Source of the DNA: an uncultured Clostridia bacterium
Lineage (GTDB): Bacteria; Bacillota; Clostridia; Oscillospirales; Acutalibacteraceae
DNA: 54,061 bases
Assembly: GCA_945982035.1 (NCBI GenBank)
Contig: CAMFRO010000001.1
Coordinates: 1-54,061, forward strand
Direction: 5' to 3'
The position numbers were made by a program, and so were the translations under genes. Under the pieces are notes generated by a model. That model was not told the origin of the DNA and did no database searches. It saw only the letters and a list, made by a program, of their open reading frames with translations. Within the stretch, counting starts at the first letter, position 1; each line of letters opens with the position of its first letter. Positions 28,047-38,090 of this stretch are shown here, piece by piece.

Positions 28047-28158
28047 TAGTTTTTTATTTTTCGCACAAATTTATTTTTTTGCACAAAAATTAGTGACATT
28101 TTTGTGTATTTATTGTATAATGTTTTTTGATAATTAAAATATCGGAAGGAGTTATTTG

Positions 28159-30621
28159 ATGAAACACCCTGAAATTGTTGAGAAGATGAGCCTTGAACAA
28201 AAGGCGGCTTTCGTATCGGGATACGATTATTGGCATCTTGAGGAAGCACCTGAGCTTGGCTTACCTAAAATTATGATTACCGACGGCCCTCACGGTCTGC
28301 GTAAGCAAAAGGACAAGAAGGATAAGTCCGGAGAAAAAGGAACAATCGGTCTCGGAAATTCCGTGCCCGCTACCTGTTTTCCTCCTGCAGCAACCTCCTC
28401 TTGCTCTTGGGATATGGATTTGCTTTATAAAGAGGGCGAGGCCATGGGCGAGGAATGTCTTAAGGAAAAGGTTTCCACAATTCTTGGCCCCGGTACAAAT
28501 ATTAAGCGCTCACCTGTATGCGGCCGTAATTTTGAGTATTTCAGCGAGGACCCGCTTCTTGCCGGTAAATGCAGTGCTGCAGTTATCAACGGCGTTCAGT
28601 CAAAGGGTGTAGGTACTTCTCTCAAGCATTTCTGCTGTAACTCGCAGGAGGCATTTAGAATGGTTGTTAACGAGGTTATCGACGACCGTGCTATGCGTGA
28701 GATTTATATGACCGCATTTGAAATTGCCATTAAAGAGGCTCAGCCTTGGACCGTAATGAATGCATATAATAAAATTAACGGAGTTTACGCATCTCAAAAC
28801 GGTAAAATTCAAAACGATATTGCAAGAGGCGAGTGGGGCTTTAAGGGTCTGTTTGTAACAGACTGGGGTGCTTCTGTTGACAGAATTCCCGGTCTTATCA
28901 ACGGCACTGATTTAGAAATGCCTTCATCAGGTCCTCTTAATACTACACGCATCATTGCCGCTGTTAAGGACGGAACTCTTGATGAAAGTGTACTTAACGA
29001 AAGAGTTGACAATGTAGTTGACCTTATTGTTAAATCAAAGCCTGCCCTTGAAAAATCACATACCTATGATGTTGAGGCTCATCATCAGCTTGCTGCAAGA
29101 ATTGCCGAGGCTTCAATGCAGTTACTTAAAAATGATGATAATATTCTTCCTCTTAAGAGCGGTCAGAAGGTAGCAATTATCGGTGAAATGGCAAAGTCTC
29201 CTCGTTATCAGGGCGCCGGCTCATCTGTAATTAACTGTACAAAGATTTCCAACGCTTATGACGAGCTTGAAAAGCTGGGCGTAGATATGATTTACGCTCA
29301 GGGCTACGAAAAATCAAAGGATGAGGTTAACCCTGCTCTTACTGCTGAAGCTGTTGAGGCCGCTAAGAAAGCGGATGTTGCCGTAGTATTTGCCGGACTT
29401 ACAGAGGAATTTGAGGGCGAGGGATACGACAGAGTTGATATTAATATGCCTAATAGCCATAATGCTCTTATTGCAGAGGTTGCGGCGGCTAATCCAAACA
29501 CAGTTGTTGTACTTGCAGGCGGTTCTGTTGTGTTTATGCCTTGGCTTGATCAGGTTAAGGGATTGCTTAATTCCGGTTTAGGCGGTCAGGCAGGCGGTAT
29601 TGCCGTTGCAAATATTCTTACAGGCAATGTTAATCCGTCAGGTAAAACCTCCGAAACATATCCTGTTGCCTTTGAAGAAAATCCAACAGCAGGCAATTAT
29701 CCCGGCGGTCCTGTTACCAGCGAGCACAGAGAGTCTGTTTATATTGGTTACAGATATTATGATTCTGCTGAAAAGGATGTTGTATTCCCGTTCGGCTATG
29801 GTCTTTCATATACAACCTTTGAGTACAGTGATATTAAGCTTTCCGCTGATAAAATTAAGGATACCGATACTGTTACAGTATCATTCAAGATTAAGAATAC
29901 AGGCGCAGTTGACGGTGCAGAGGTTGCTCAGATTTATGTTACCGATAAGGAGTCAACGATTTACCGTCCTAAGAAGGAGCTGCGTGGATTTAAGAAGGTA
30001 TTTATCAAAGCCGGCGAAGAGGCAGAGGTTAGCGTAGAGCTTTCAAAGAGAGCCTTTGCTTTCTGGAATGTTAATGCAGATGACTGGTGTGTAGAGTCAG
30101 GCGATTTTGACATTCTTGTAGGTGCGTCAAGCAGAGATATTAAGCTTACTGCATCGGTAAATGTTGAATCAACCTGTGACTGTGTAATCCCCGATTATAA
30201 GGAGAGTGCACCTGCTTATTATAATAATGTAGCAGGTATTACACGTGATGACTTTGCGGCAGTTTACGGCGAACTTCCAAATCCGGATATTGATACCTCA
30301 AAGAAGATTGACCTGTATTGCTGCCTTAACGATGCAAGGCACACAAAATGGGGAGGAAAGATTTGTAATTTGATTGAATCTATTATGTCCAAAATGGGTT
30401 CTGCTGAAAACGGCGACGGCAAAATGCTTGCCGCTATGGCAACTCAGATTCCTATCCGTAACTTTATCGCAATGAGTATGGGCGTATTCTCACCAAAAAT
30501 GGCAGAGGGTCTGCTTATGATGCTCAACGATGACGAGTCAAGCTTTGTAGGATTTTCCAAGATATTCTGGAGATTGGGCGGAGCTATTGTTAAGCTTCCT
30601 AATCTTCTTAAATCAATCTAA
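28159..30621 (+). CDS. GH3 beta-glucosidase with Fn3-like domain
   Basis: TDGPHGLR, ATCFP, GRNFEYFSEDP, LKHF, VTDWG (nucleophile), EGEGYDR, FPFGYGLSYT, PKKELRGF; start 28156 or 28159. Confidence 0.93.
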   Translation: MKHPEIVEKMSLEQKAAFVSGYDYWHLEEAPELGLPKIMITDGPHGLRKQKDKKDKSGEKGTIGLGNSVPATCFPPAATSSCSWDMDLLYKEGEAMGEECLKEKVSTILGPGTNIKRSPVCGRNFEYFSEDPLLAGKCSAAVINGVQSKGVGTSLKHFCCNSQEAFRMVVNEVIDDRAMREIYMTAFEIAIKEAQPWTVMNAYNKINGVYASQNGKIQNDIARGEWGFKGLFVTDWGASVDRIPGLINGTDLEMPSSGPLNTTRIIAAVKDGTLDESVLNERVDNVVDLIVKSKPALEKSHTYDVEAHHQLAARIAEASMQLLKNDDNILPLKSGQKVAIIGEMAKSPRYQGAGSSVINCTKISNAYDELEKLGVDMIYAQGYEKSKDEVNPALTAEAVEAAKKADVAVVFAGLTEEFEGEGYDRVDINMPNSHNALIAEVAAANPNTVVVLAGGSVVFMPWLDQVKGLLNSGLGGQAGGIAVANILTGNVNPSGKTSETYPVAFEENPTAGNYPGGPVTSEHRESVYIGYRYYDSAEKDVVFPFGYGLSYTTFEYSDIKLSADKIKDTDTVTVSFKIKNTGAVDGAEVAQIYVTDKESTIYRPKKELRGFKKVFIKAGEEAEVSVELSKRAFAFWNVNADDWCVESGDFDILVGASSRDIKLTASVNVESTCDCVIPDYKESAPAYYNNVAGITRDDFAAVYGELPNPDIDTSKKIDLYCCLNDARHTKWGGKICNLIESIMSKMGSAENGDGKMLAAMATQIPIRNFIAMSMGVFSPKMAEGLLMMLNDDESSFVGFSKIFWRLGGAIVKLPNLLKSI

Positions 30622-30638
30622 CGCTTTAAAAGCTAATC

Positions 30639-30670
30639 ATCCCCGAGCCTTTTACGGCTTGGGGATTTTT
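30639..30670 (+). terminator. Intrinsic terminator after GH3
   Basis: atccccgagcc-ttttac-ggcttggggat-tttt. Confidence 0.8.
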
Positions 30671-30687
30671 GAAATGAGGTAATATAT

Positions 30688-31443
30688 TTGAAATTTATAA
30701 GCTGGAATGTTAACGGATTGAGAGCCTGTATGAATAAAGGCTTTGAGGATTATTTTAATTCTGTGGACGCAGATATTTTCTGTCTGCAGGAGACAAAATT
30801 ACAGCAGGGGCAAATTGATTTTGCTCCGGCAGGGTATAATTGCTACTGGAATTATGCAGAGAAAAAGGGCTATTCCGGTACCGCCGTATTTACAAAACGT
30901 CAGCCTTTAAATGTTACCTATGGTATGGGTATTGAGCAGCACGATAAGGAGGGTAGAATGATTACCCTGGAATTTGAGGATTTTTATTTTATCACAGTGT
31001 ATGTTCCAAATTCTCAAAGAGAGCTTGCACGGCTTGATTATCGTATGCAGTGGGAGGATGACTTCCTTGAATATATCAAAGCTCTTGATTTCCAAAAGCC
31101 TGTTATTTACTGCGGCGACCTAAATGTAGCTCACAGAGAAATTGATTTGAAAAATCCGAAGACTAACAGAAAAAATGCCGGATTTACCGATGAGGAGAGA
31201 AATAAAATAACCGCCGTGCTTGACAGCGGTTTTACGGATACCTTCCGTTATTTTTATCCCCACAAAGAGGGTGTTTACAGCTGGTGGTCATATATGTTTA
31301 AAGCCAGAGAAAAGAATGCCGGCTGGAGAATTGACTATTTTATTACATCAAAATCCCTTGACGGCAGACTTTTAGATGCGGATATTCACACCGATGTCTT
31401 AGGCTCTGACCATTGCCCGGTGGAGCTTGATATTAACCTGTAA
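30688..31443 (+). CDS. xth: Exodeoxyribonuclease III (AP endonuclease)
   Basis: [46 protein letters not shown]; TTG start. Confidence 0.95.
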   Translation: MKFISWNVNGLRACMNKGFEDYFNSVDADIFCLQETKLQQGQIDFAPAGYNCYWNYAEKKGYSGTAVFTKRQPLNVTYGMGIEQHDKEGRMITLEFEDFYFITVYVPNSQRELARLDYRMQWEDDFLEYIKALDFQKPVIYCGDLNVAHREIDLKNPKTNRKNAGFTDEERNKITAVLDSGFTDTFRYFYPHKEGVYSWWSYMFKAREKNAGWRIDYFITSKSLDGRLLDADIHTDVLGSDHCPVELDINL

Positions 31444-32559
31444 TCAATTATTACAAGTTATTCTGTAGTTTTCCACAACATCGTAAATACGCTTTGCAAC
31501 ACTGTCCCAGCTATATTCTTTAATTAATTGCTGACGGCGGTCTGCAACATTTTGTTTGATTTGCTCATTATGCAGTAAATCAAACATTTTTTTTGCCAAA
31601 ATTTCCGGGTCGTTGTCGTCGATAAGGTCGCCGGTTACGCCTTTTTCAATAAAATACGGCATTTCAAAAGCATTTCTGCCTATGCAGGGAAGACCGTAAA
31701 TCAGTGCCTCAATAAACACAAGCCCATAGGCCTCAAAGTGACTGGGCATTACGAAAATATCACATTTGTTAAAGTAGTCGGAAAGCTGATTGTATGTAAG
31801 ACTGCCTAAAAAATTATATCCCTCAATTTTCTCATCAATCGGATTGATTACGGGACCGGCAATATATAGCTGTGCCTGTGGGTCATATTTTTCCTTTAAA
31901 ATCTTGAAGGCATTAACCACAAGATAACCTGCCTTGCGCTTGAAATCTCTGCCTACAAACAGTATTTTGCGACAGTCTTTGTTTGGATCGGGATTAATTC
32001 TGTTCACATCAAGATTGCTGGCGCCGCCCACGTGATGAACCTTGGACGGATCAATGTCATAATTCTCCCTTATGTATTTTTCCATCCATCTGCCCATAGT
32101 GAAAATACCTGCGGCGTTGTCATAGGATTTAAGCTGCCTTTTATAACGCTTTTGTATGGTTTTGGGATTCATATGCTGAAAGCCCGACACAGCGTATAAT
32201 TCTTTGTCATTTGTCATTATATTGTTTAAAAACGCATAGCATAAATCCTGATACATATAGCTGTTTATATAGCTTTTTATGGGGTAGTCGCTGAATTGTA
32301 TAACAGGCAGTCCGTTATATTTGCTTTTGCTTATATGATGCAGCAAATCCTTATAACAAAGAATTCCCGTTGGTGTTTTGTACATAACCCTTCTGAATAA
32401 TTCGCCGATTTTACCGTGAATTACCGTTGTGTCAAATTCAACTATGTTGTAATATTTATTCAAAGCCGTGAGAAGACTCAACGGTGTTCCGGACCAATTT
32501 TTTTCCTTTGGCTTATCACCCCATTCAACAACAAAGCCAAAATCCTTTTTCTTATCCAT
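31444..32559 (-). CDS. Glycosyltransferase, GT-B fold (GT4-like)
   Basis: ILFVGRDFKRK, FVMPSHFEAYGLVFIEA. Confidence 0.88.
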   Translation of the reverse strand: MDKKKDFGFVVEWGDKPKEKNWSGTPLSLLTALNKYYNIVEFDTTVIHGKIGELFRRVMYKTPTGILCYKDLLHHISKSKYNGLPVIQFSDYPIKSYINSYMYQDLCYAFLNNIMTNDKELYAVSGFQHMNPKTIQKRYKRQLKSYDNAAGIFTMGRWMEKYIRENYDIDPSKVHHVGGASNLDVNRINPDPNKDCRKILFVGRDFKRKAGYLVVNAFKILKEKYDPQAQLYIAGPVINPIDEKIEGYNFLGSLTYNQLSDYFNKCDIFVMPSHFEAYGLVFIEALIYGLPCIGRNAFEMPYFIEKGVTGDLIDDNDPEILAKKMFDLLHNEQIKQNVADRRQQLIKEYSWDSVAKRIYDVVENYRITCNN

Positions 32560-32574
32560 TTAGTATCGTCCTTA

Positions 32575-33843
32575 TTAAAGCTCAATTCGTGCATTTTTAA
32601 CGGTTCTTGATGAAGCGTGTGCCTCTTTTTCAAACAACGCCCACATACATACCAGGGAAAATATTCTCTGACCGTCAAATGCACACAGTGAAATCTGCGT
32701 TGATGCCAAATAGGCAATCATACCTGCAAAAAATACTCTGCGGTTGCTTTTGTTTATGTAATAAATTTTAATAAAAAGATAAATAAGTCTGATAAATAAG
32801 GCCCAAGAGAAAATTACGCCAACAATTCCAAAGTGATACCACATATTCATAATACCTAAGTCGTCAAATCGGCAGGTGCCGTTGGGACCGAAGAATATTT
32901 TGTAGTGATATTCGGTTGACGGACACACAAATCCCATGGAGAAAATGGGATTTTCTTCAGTGTAGGTTGAAAAATATTCTCTTGCAAGCTGACGTGCCAA
33001 TGTTGAATTGCCTGTCTCTTCATTTGTTTCCGAAAAGCTTGCTATGATTACCGAGAATGCTCCCGATGCTACAAATATAATTGCCAGAGTCAAAACCATA
33101 ACCCATACGATTACCTGGTTTGTTTTTGCTCTCGGACGAAGAAGATACATTGTAAGAAGTGTTACGCAAACGGCAATGGTAAGAGCTCTGGTCATACAGG
33201 TGTAAACAAGATAAAAAACGATAAATCCAAGCAGAAGGCCCCATTTAATTTTATTCTTTTGTAGCTTTTCCTCAAATAATTTGTAAGCCGCATAAGATAC
33301 AGAAACACCGAACGCAGTTGGTACCGTGCATCGCAGACGTCCGTAACGTATTCCGAATTTTACCTCCTTGAGTAAAAGCCTGCCGGTGAAATTATACAGA
33401 ACCGCTACAACTACATTTATAAACAGTATTAAGAGCACCGACCATACAAGAATCTTGATAAATCTATCATCACCGAATTTATCAATAATAAATAATATGG
33501 GTGCCACCAAGAATAAATACAAATAAGATCTAAAGCAGTTAAAAAGATCAATGGGTCCCTGAGCGTATTTGTTGTAGGAATAAATTATCATTATTGCAAC
33601 AAATGTAACAAGCAGCAGCATATAAAAATTTATAAAATTTCGGTATGGCTTAAGTGCTACGTTAATTGATTTATTTATAATACAGTTAACAAATAAAATT
33701 ACCGCCAGTGCTGCAATGATAGATGTTGTGGTTCCTTCCTCGCCTAATACCGGTATTTTGAATATTGAAAAAATACCGCAGTCCATAATTGCAATAAATA
33801 GTATTAAATTGTATATGGGACTTGTGTTTATTCTGATTTTCAT
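32575..33843 (-). CDS. wzy: Putative polysaccharide polymerase (Wzy)
   Basis: About 10-11 TM segments, TR motif, large late extracellular loop (STLAR...MG...DLG); lies in the polysaccharide locus. Confidence 0.65.
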   Translation of the reverse strand: MKIRINTSPIYNLILFIAIMDCGIFSIFKIPVLGEEGTTTSIIAALAVILFVNCIINKSINVALKPYRNFINFYMLLLVTFVAIMIIYSYNKYAQGPIDLFNCFRSYLYLFLVAPILFIIDKFGDDRFIKILVWSVLLILFINVVVAVLYNFTGRLLLKEVKFGIRYGRLRCTVPTAFGVSVSYAAYKLFEEKLQKNKIKWGLLLGFIVFYLVYTCMTRALTIAVCVTLLTMYLLRPRAKTNQVIVWVMVLTLAIIFVASGAFSVIIASFSETNEETGNSTLARQLAREYFSTYTEENPIFSMGFVCPSTEYHYKIFFGPNGTCRFDDLGIMNMWYHFGIVGVIFSWALFIRLIYLFIKIYYINKSNRRVFFAGMIAYLASTQISLCAFDGQRIFSLVCMWALFEKEAHASSRTVKNARIEL

Positions 33844-34763
33844 TAATAGAATTCCTTAGCTTGTTTTAATATTTTTTTACTTTGCTTAACAAAAGTTATT
33901 GCGTCCTTTATTTTCCCTTCCTTTATGAAAGAGAATAAAACCTCAAGACATCGTATATTTCTTATGCTTCTCAATTTATGATAGGGGAGCTTTTGGTATT
34001 TTGCAAACATATAACATTCCGATTTAAAGTTTTCTATGCGTGTGAACAGATTTGTCGCACCGCCGGTGGATGCGCCGTGATAATGAATTACCTGCGCCTT
34101 GGGTTCGTAAGCAATTTTCATACCGCTTTTAACGGCTTTTTCACTGATTATATACTCTTCAAAATATAAAAATGTATATGGGTCAAAATATCCTATCTCC
34201 TTAAATTTTTTCATATCGGCGATAAAGCTTGAACCGCATATCCAATACACTTGGGAAAACCTCATCGGCTGAAGATCTGTGAAAAATTCTATTTTCTGTT
34301 TTCTGGGAACAAGGTTAGTGAGATATGTGGAAAATTTCATATATTCGCTGAAGGTAGGCTTGTTCTTTTTTACACTTGTTTGCATTCTGCCGTCGGGACT
34401 GTACGAACAAGGTCCTACCAAAAGATATTCACCGCTCTTTATCACATCAAGCAAAATTTCAACAGCGTTTTCCAAATAAACAATATCGTTGTTTGAGATT
34501 AGTGCGTAATCACATCCGTCCTTCTCGGCTTTTTTTAGGCATAGATTATTGCCTCTTGCGTAGCCAAGGTTTTCCTTTGATTCAATAATCTCAACCCTCG
34601 GGTTATCCTTGTAGAGATTGTTCAGTACTTCAAGGGATTTGTTGGCGGAGCAGTTGTCAAGCAAATATATTTTGTAATCGCTTTTTACTGTGTCAAATAT
34701 GGATTTTATGCAGTCAACGGTTTTTTCGTACTTGTTAAAATTAATAATTATTATGCCGAGCAT
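33843..34763 (-). CDS. Glycosyltransferase family 2
   Basis: IIINFN, LDNCS, ENLGYARGNN, SNND, FDPYTFLYFEE. Confidence 0.9.
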   Translation of the reverse strand: MLGIIIINFNKYEKTVDCIKSIFDTVKSDYKIYLLDNCSANKSLEVLNNLYKDNPRVEIIESKENLGYARGNNLCLKKAEKDGCDYALISNNDIVYLENAVEILLDVIKSGEYLLVGPCSYSPDGRMQTSVKKNKPTFSEYMKFSTYLTNLVPRKQKIEFFTDLQPMRFSQVYWICGSSFIADMKKFKEIGYFDPYTFLYFEEYIISEKAVKSGMKIAYEPKAQVIHYHGASTGGATNLFTRIENFKSECYMFAKYQKLPYHKLRSIRNIRCLEVLFSFIKEGKIKDAITFVKQSKKILKQAKEFY

Positions 34764-34769
34764 TATTTT

Positions 34770-35876
34770 TTATCCCTTACTTTTAATTTTTCTGAGTGCA
34801 AAAACAATTTTCTTTTTTAATACGGTGTTTTTTAATGCGTAATCAGCACCGTGCTTTTTCAGTAATTTGCGGAATTTTTGTGCATTTTTACTGTTCGCTG
34901 AGGGATGGTTTAACTGACCGTTACCCCTAACCGCTTCCTGAATCTGCCGTTCTTCAATAAATACCTTTTCGCTGATGCTGTCAATTAGCCTTTGTCCTTT
35001 GTCGGTAATTACAAGAGCGACGCTTAAGCCTTTTTTGAGCTCGTTGCTTAAGGGTTCGCCAACACCCCAAAAATCACCTGCCGTTAAATCCGAAGTTCTG
35101 TCTGCATTTGCATAAGGGCAGTTGTAGCAGCTTTCACGGTATGTCCAGCCCTCTAAAAATCCGTGATAATAAAAATTGGTGCCGAAGTCAAGGCCTTCAA
35201 TAACCTTTGAGCCGTTCAGCAAGGTCATATGCCATCCTTTTTCGTCACGAAATCGGATACCGGTGCATTTGTCTGAATTTTTGCAGTTGCTTTCTATGTA
35301 TGTTTTCAGCGTGTTTCTTTCCGGTACACCGTGGCATATTATATCTATTGTATATAAGTTGGCGTAATCCTTACCAAGATAGCTTTTCAGCCCCGCAATC
35401 TGACAGGGAGTACCGGTAAATAATACATTTTTTCCGCTTTTTAGATCGTTTTGAACATCCCTATAACAAAAATTTATGTGAGAGTGTACGTATTTTGAGC
35501 CTTGAATTTTGTAAAGGTCTTTTTTGTCCTCAATTCTAATATGGCTGACCTCAAGAGGAGATGTGAATGATGCCCCGTAAATTATTCCGTCAAATTCACG
35601 GCAAATTTGAGTAATCAGTCCTCCGCTGGCACAGGCCCTTCTGGTGCTTTCATCAAGACTGTAAACGGCGTAGGCTTTTTTTATAGAGCTTTTCTTAACA
35701 GGATTGTTTACAGGACAGACTCTTTTGCATTTTTTACAGGATATGCATTTTTCAGATTCAATAATAGGTTGAGTAGTATTCTCGCTGTATTTTAAAGATA
35801 TTGCGTTAACAGGACATATATCGGCGCAGGCAAAGCAGGCGGCGCAGTCTTCCTTTTTACAGATTTCATCAATCAT
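34770..35876 (-). CDS. 4Fe-4S ferredoxin + FrhB/FdhB (F420 dehydrogenase beta subunit)-like protein
   Basis: CAACFACADICP, CISCKKCKRVCP, ASGG, GSKYVHS, GTPCQ, CHGVP, RESCYNC, GDFWG. Confidence 0.85.
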   Translation of the reverse strand: MIDEICKKEDCAACFACADICPVNAISLKYSENTTQPIIESEKCISCKKCKRVCPVNNPVKKSSIKKAYAVYSLDESTRRACASGGLITQICREFDGIIYGASFTSPLEVSHIRIEDKKDLYKIQGSKYVHSHINFCYRDVQNDLKSGKNVLFTGTPCQIAGLKSYLGKDYANLYTIDIICHGVPERNTLKTYIESNCKNSDKCTGIRFRDEKGWHMTLLNGSKVIEGLDFGTNFYYHGFLEGWTYRESCYNCPYANADRTSDLTAGDFWGVGEPLSNELKKGLSVALVITDKGQRLIDSISEKVFIEERQIQEAVRGNGQLNHPSANSKNAQKFRKLLKKHGADYALKNTVLKKKIVFALRKIKSKG

Positions 35877-36978
35877 TTAAGCATTCCTCTAAATAGTTTA
35901 AAGATTTTTCTCTCATCTTTTGAATTGCGTTTTCGTTAAATTCAACATTTTCTTTTAGATTAATTTTTTTCATATCATCAATATCAATGTATCGTGACTG
36001 CAATCCGGTATCGCATAATAAATCGGAAATTCGGTAATCATTGTAACCATTTGCCTTAAGTGCAAAGAAATTTTTTCTGTAAATAACGGAAAATGCCGTG
36101 CCGTGAAAGGAATTGGATAATACAAGACTTGCATTTTTTACAAGACTGATAAAATCACCGGGCGCATTGGCTTTTGATAAATGAAAGCCCTTAAAATAAA
36201 CATTGTAGGTCTTATTTGTTGAAAAAATAATATATACGGGCATATTCAGCTTATCGGCTATGTATTTTACCATTTCAACGGACCCGGCGTTGTAATCTAT
36301 TGAGTAATAAAAAATATATTCACCCTCAATTTTATTGTTACTGCATATTTCATCAAAATCATTTGAATCAAGCAAAAGGGTAGGGTCGCATACACATTCA
36401 ATTTTTTTGCTTGTAAGCTGCTGTAAAACAGGTATGCTGTCCTTTTCTCTTAAGGATAATTTTTCAAATCCTGCAAGAGCATTTGACACCTGGTCCCTGT
36501 ACCTTTCAAAATCCTTTGGTTGGGCATTTCTTATGCTTGGGGCGTAGGCATATTTTTTACAGTCAAAGTCAACAGCAAAAAACGAAATTGAAAAATCAAC
36601 GGACTGGGGATTCCATATCTGGTCGCTGCCGCAGATAATTTTGTCATAATTTTCTTTGTGATTTTCTAATTCCTCTGAATTATTGTATTTTTCCTCGCTT
36701 ACCGGAAGAACATTATTTATAAAATGGTAAAAGCTATTTTTTCTTCTTTTTAACTGACTGTAATTTAAAGCTGCCCTTATATTCTTTGCAATATTTTTAA
36801 CAGAATTGTTTTTGAGAAAAATACTGTACAGCTCTCTTTGAAGAGGATTTGAATAGTCAATTATCTGCGCCGTGTTTTCTCCTTTTATTTTGTCAACTGC
36901 CTTTGTAAGGGCATAGGCCTGAAGCACGGAACCGTAGTTTTCGCTTCTGTGAAAAGTCATAATTCCGATTTTTTTCAT
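35869..36978 (-). CDS. Polysaccharide pyruvyl transferase family protein
   Basis: NYGSVLQAYAL, CGSDQIWN, YAPS, SLRE, DPTLLL, NSFHGTAFS. Confidence 0.87.
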   Translation of the reverse strand: MKKIGIMTFHRSENYGSVLQAYALTKAVDKIKGENTAQIIDYSNPLQRELYSIFLKNNSVKNIAKNIRAALNYSQLKRRKNSFYHFINNVLPVSEEKYNNSEELENHKENYDKIICGSDQIWNPQSVDFSISFFAVDFDCKKYAYAPSIRNAQPKDFERYRDQVSNALAGFEKLSLREKDSIPVLQQLTSKKIECVCDPTLLLDSNDFDEICSNNKIEGEYIFYYSIDYNAGSVEMVKYIADKLNMPVYIIFSTNKTYNVYFKGFHLSKANAPGDFISLVKNASLVLSNSFHGTAFSVIYRKNFFALKANGYNDYRISDLLCDTGLQSRYIDIDDMKKINLKENVEFNENAIQKMREKSLNYLEECLND

Positions 36979-36998
36979 ATTGCTTCAGCCCTTTCGTA

Positions 36999-38078
36999 TC
37001 AATATAGTTCTTCAAGATTTTTTACGGCGTTTTCTATTGAAAAGCGTTGAACAGACTCGTAAGCATTGCTTCTCATTTGCTCGTATGAGCCGTCTTTGTA
37101 TAATTCATAGCATTTTTTTATTGCTTGGGCAAGGTCGTTTGATGAAAGCTTTTCCACCAAAAATCCGTTGTAGCCATCTGTGATAATTTCGTTCATTGCA
37201 CCTCTGTCAAAGGCAACACAGGGCAGGTGAGCGCTCATAGCCTCAATAAGTGTTATGCCGAAGCCCTCACGGCATCTGGCAGGATGCACAAACAAATCTG
37301 CCTGTGACAAAAATTTGGGAATATCACGCTGAAAGCCGTAAAATGTTATTTTGTCGGTAACATTCATTTTTTCGGCAAGCTTTTTCATATTACTTGTGTA
37401 TTCCTTTGTATCACTGCCCACTATTGACAAATGAAAATCCATATCATCGTCAAGCTTTGATACGGCTTTTATCAGCAAATCAGTACCCTTACTGTGAAAA
37501 ACACGTCCGGTGTATATAATTTCAAAGGTGTCGCTTTCCTTTTCTACTCTGTAAAACCTTGAAATGTCAGTTCCGTTATATACCACCTTAATCTTATCGG
37601 GACTAAAATTACACAGCTTAACAAAGCTGTCCTTTACAGATTGGGATATGGCAACTGAAACATCGCTGATTTTGTGTGCTTTTTGAAGAATTTTTTTATC
37701 TATTACGGTTTTTATATCCCGTATGTCGTATCCCTCGGCGTTTGCGTGGAGATATAAAATTGTTTTTGCATTTTTGTTAAGCAATTTTGCAATGATTAAA
37801 TAAAATCTGCAAATTGGCGCACCGGAGTGGCATATAATCACGTCAATATTATGCTTTTTGCAGTAATTGGCAAATCTTATTGCACCGCTTAAATACGCAG
37901 TGTGCTTTTCGCAAGGGGATTCAATTATTCCGCCGTCCTGCTGAATTTCGTCGGCAACGCATCCGCCCTCAAATATAAAATAAAAATAGTTTTTATTATT
38001 TGAAAGGCGGTTTATATCCTTGCATAATACGGAAATTCCGCCGATACCGCCGCTTAGCTGTAAGTGGATTACGTTCAT
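36999..38078 (-). CDS. Glycosyltransferase family 4
   Basis: GGIGGI, VVYNG, GRVFHSKG, EGFGITLIEAM. Confidence 0.9.
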   Translation of the reverse strand: MNVIHLQLSGGIGGISVLCKDINRLSNNKNYFYFIFEGGCVADEIQQDGGIIESPCEKHTAYLSGAIRFANYCKKHNIDVIICHSGAPICRFYLIIAKLLNKNAKTILYLHANAEGYDIRDIKTVIDKKILQKAHKISDVSVAISQSVKDSFVKLCNFSPDKIKVVYNGTDISRFYRVEKESDTFEIIYTGRVFHSKGTDLLIKAVSKLDDDMDFHLSIVGSDTKEYTSNMKKLAEKMNVTDKITFYGFQRDIPKFLSQADLFVHPARCREGFGITLIEAMSAHLPCVAFDRGAMNEIITDGYNGFLVEKLSSNDLAQAIKKCYELYKDGSYEQMRSNAYESVQRFSIENAVKNLEELY

Positions 38079-38090
38079 TGTGTCACACCT

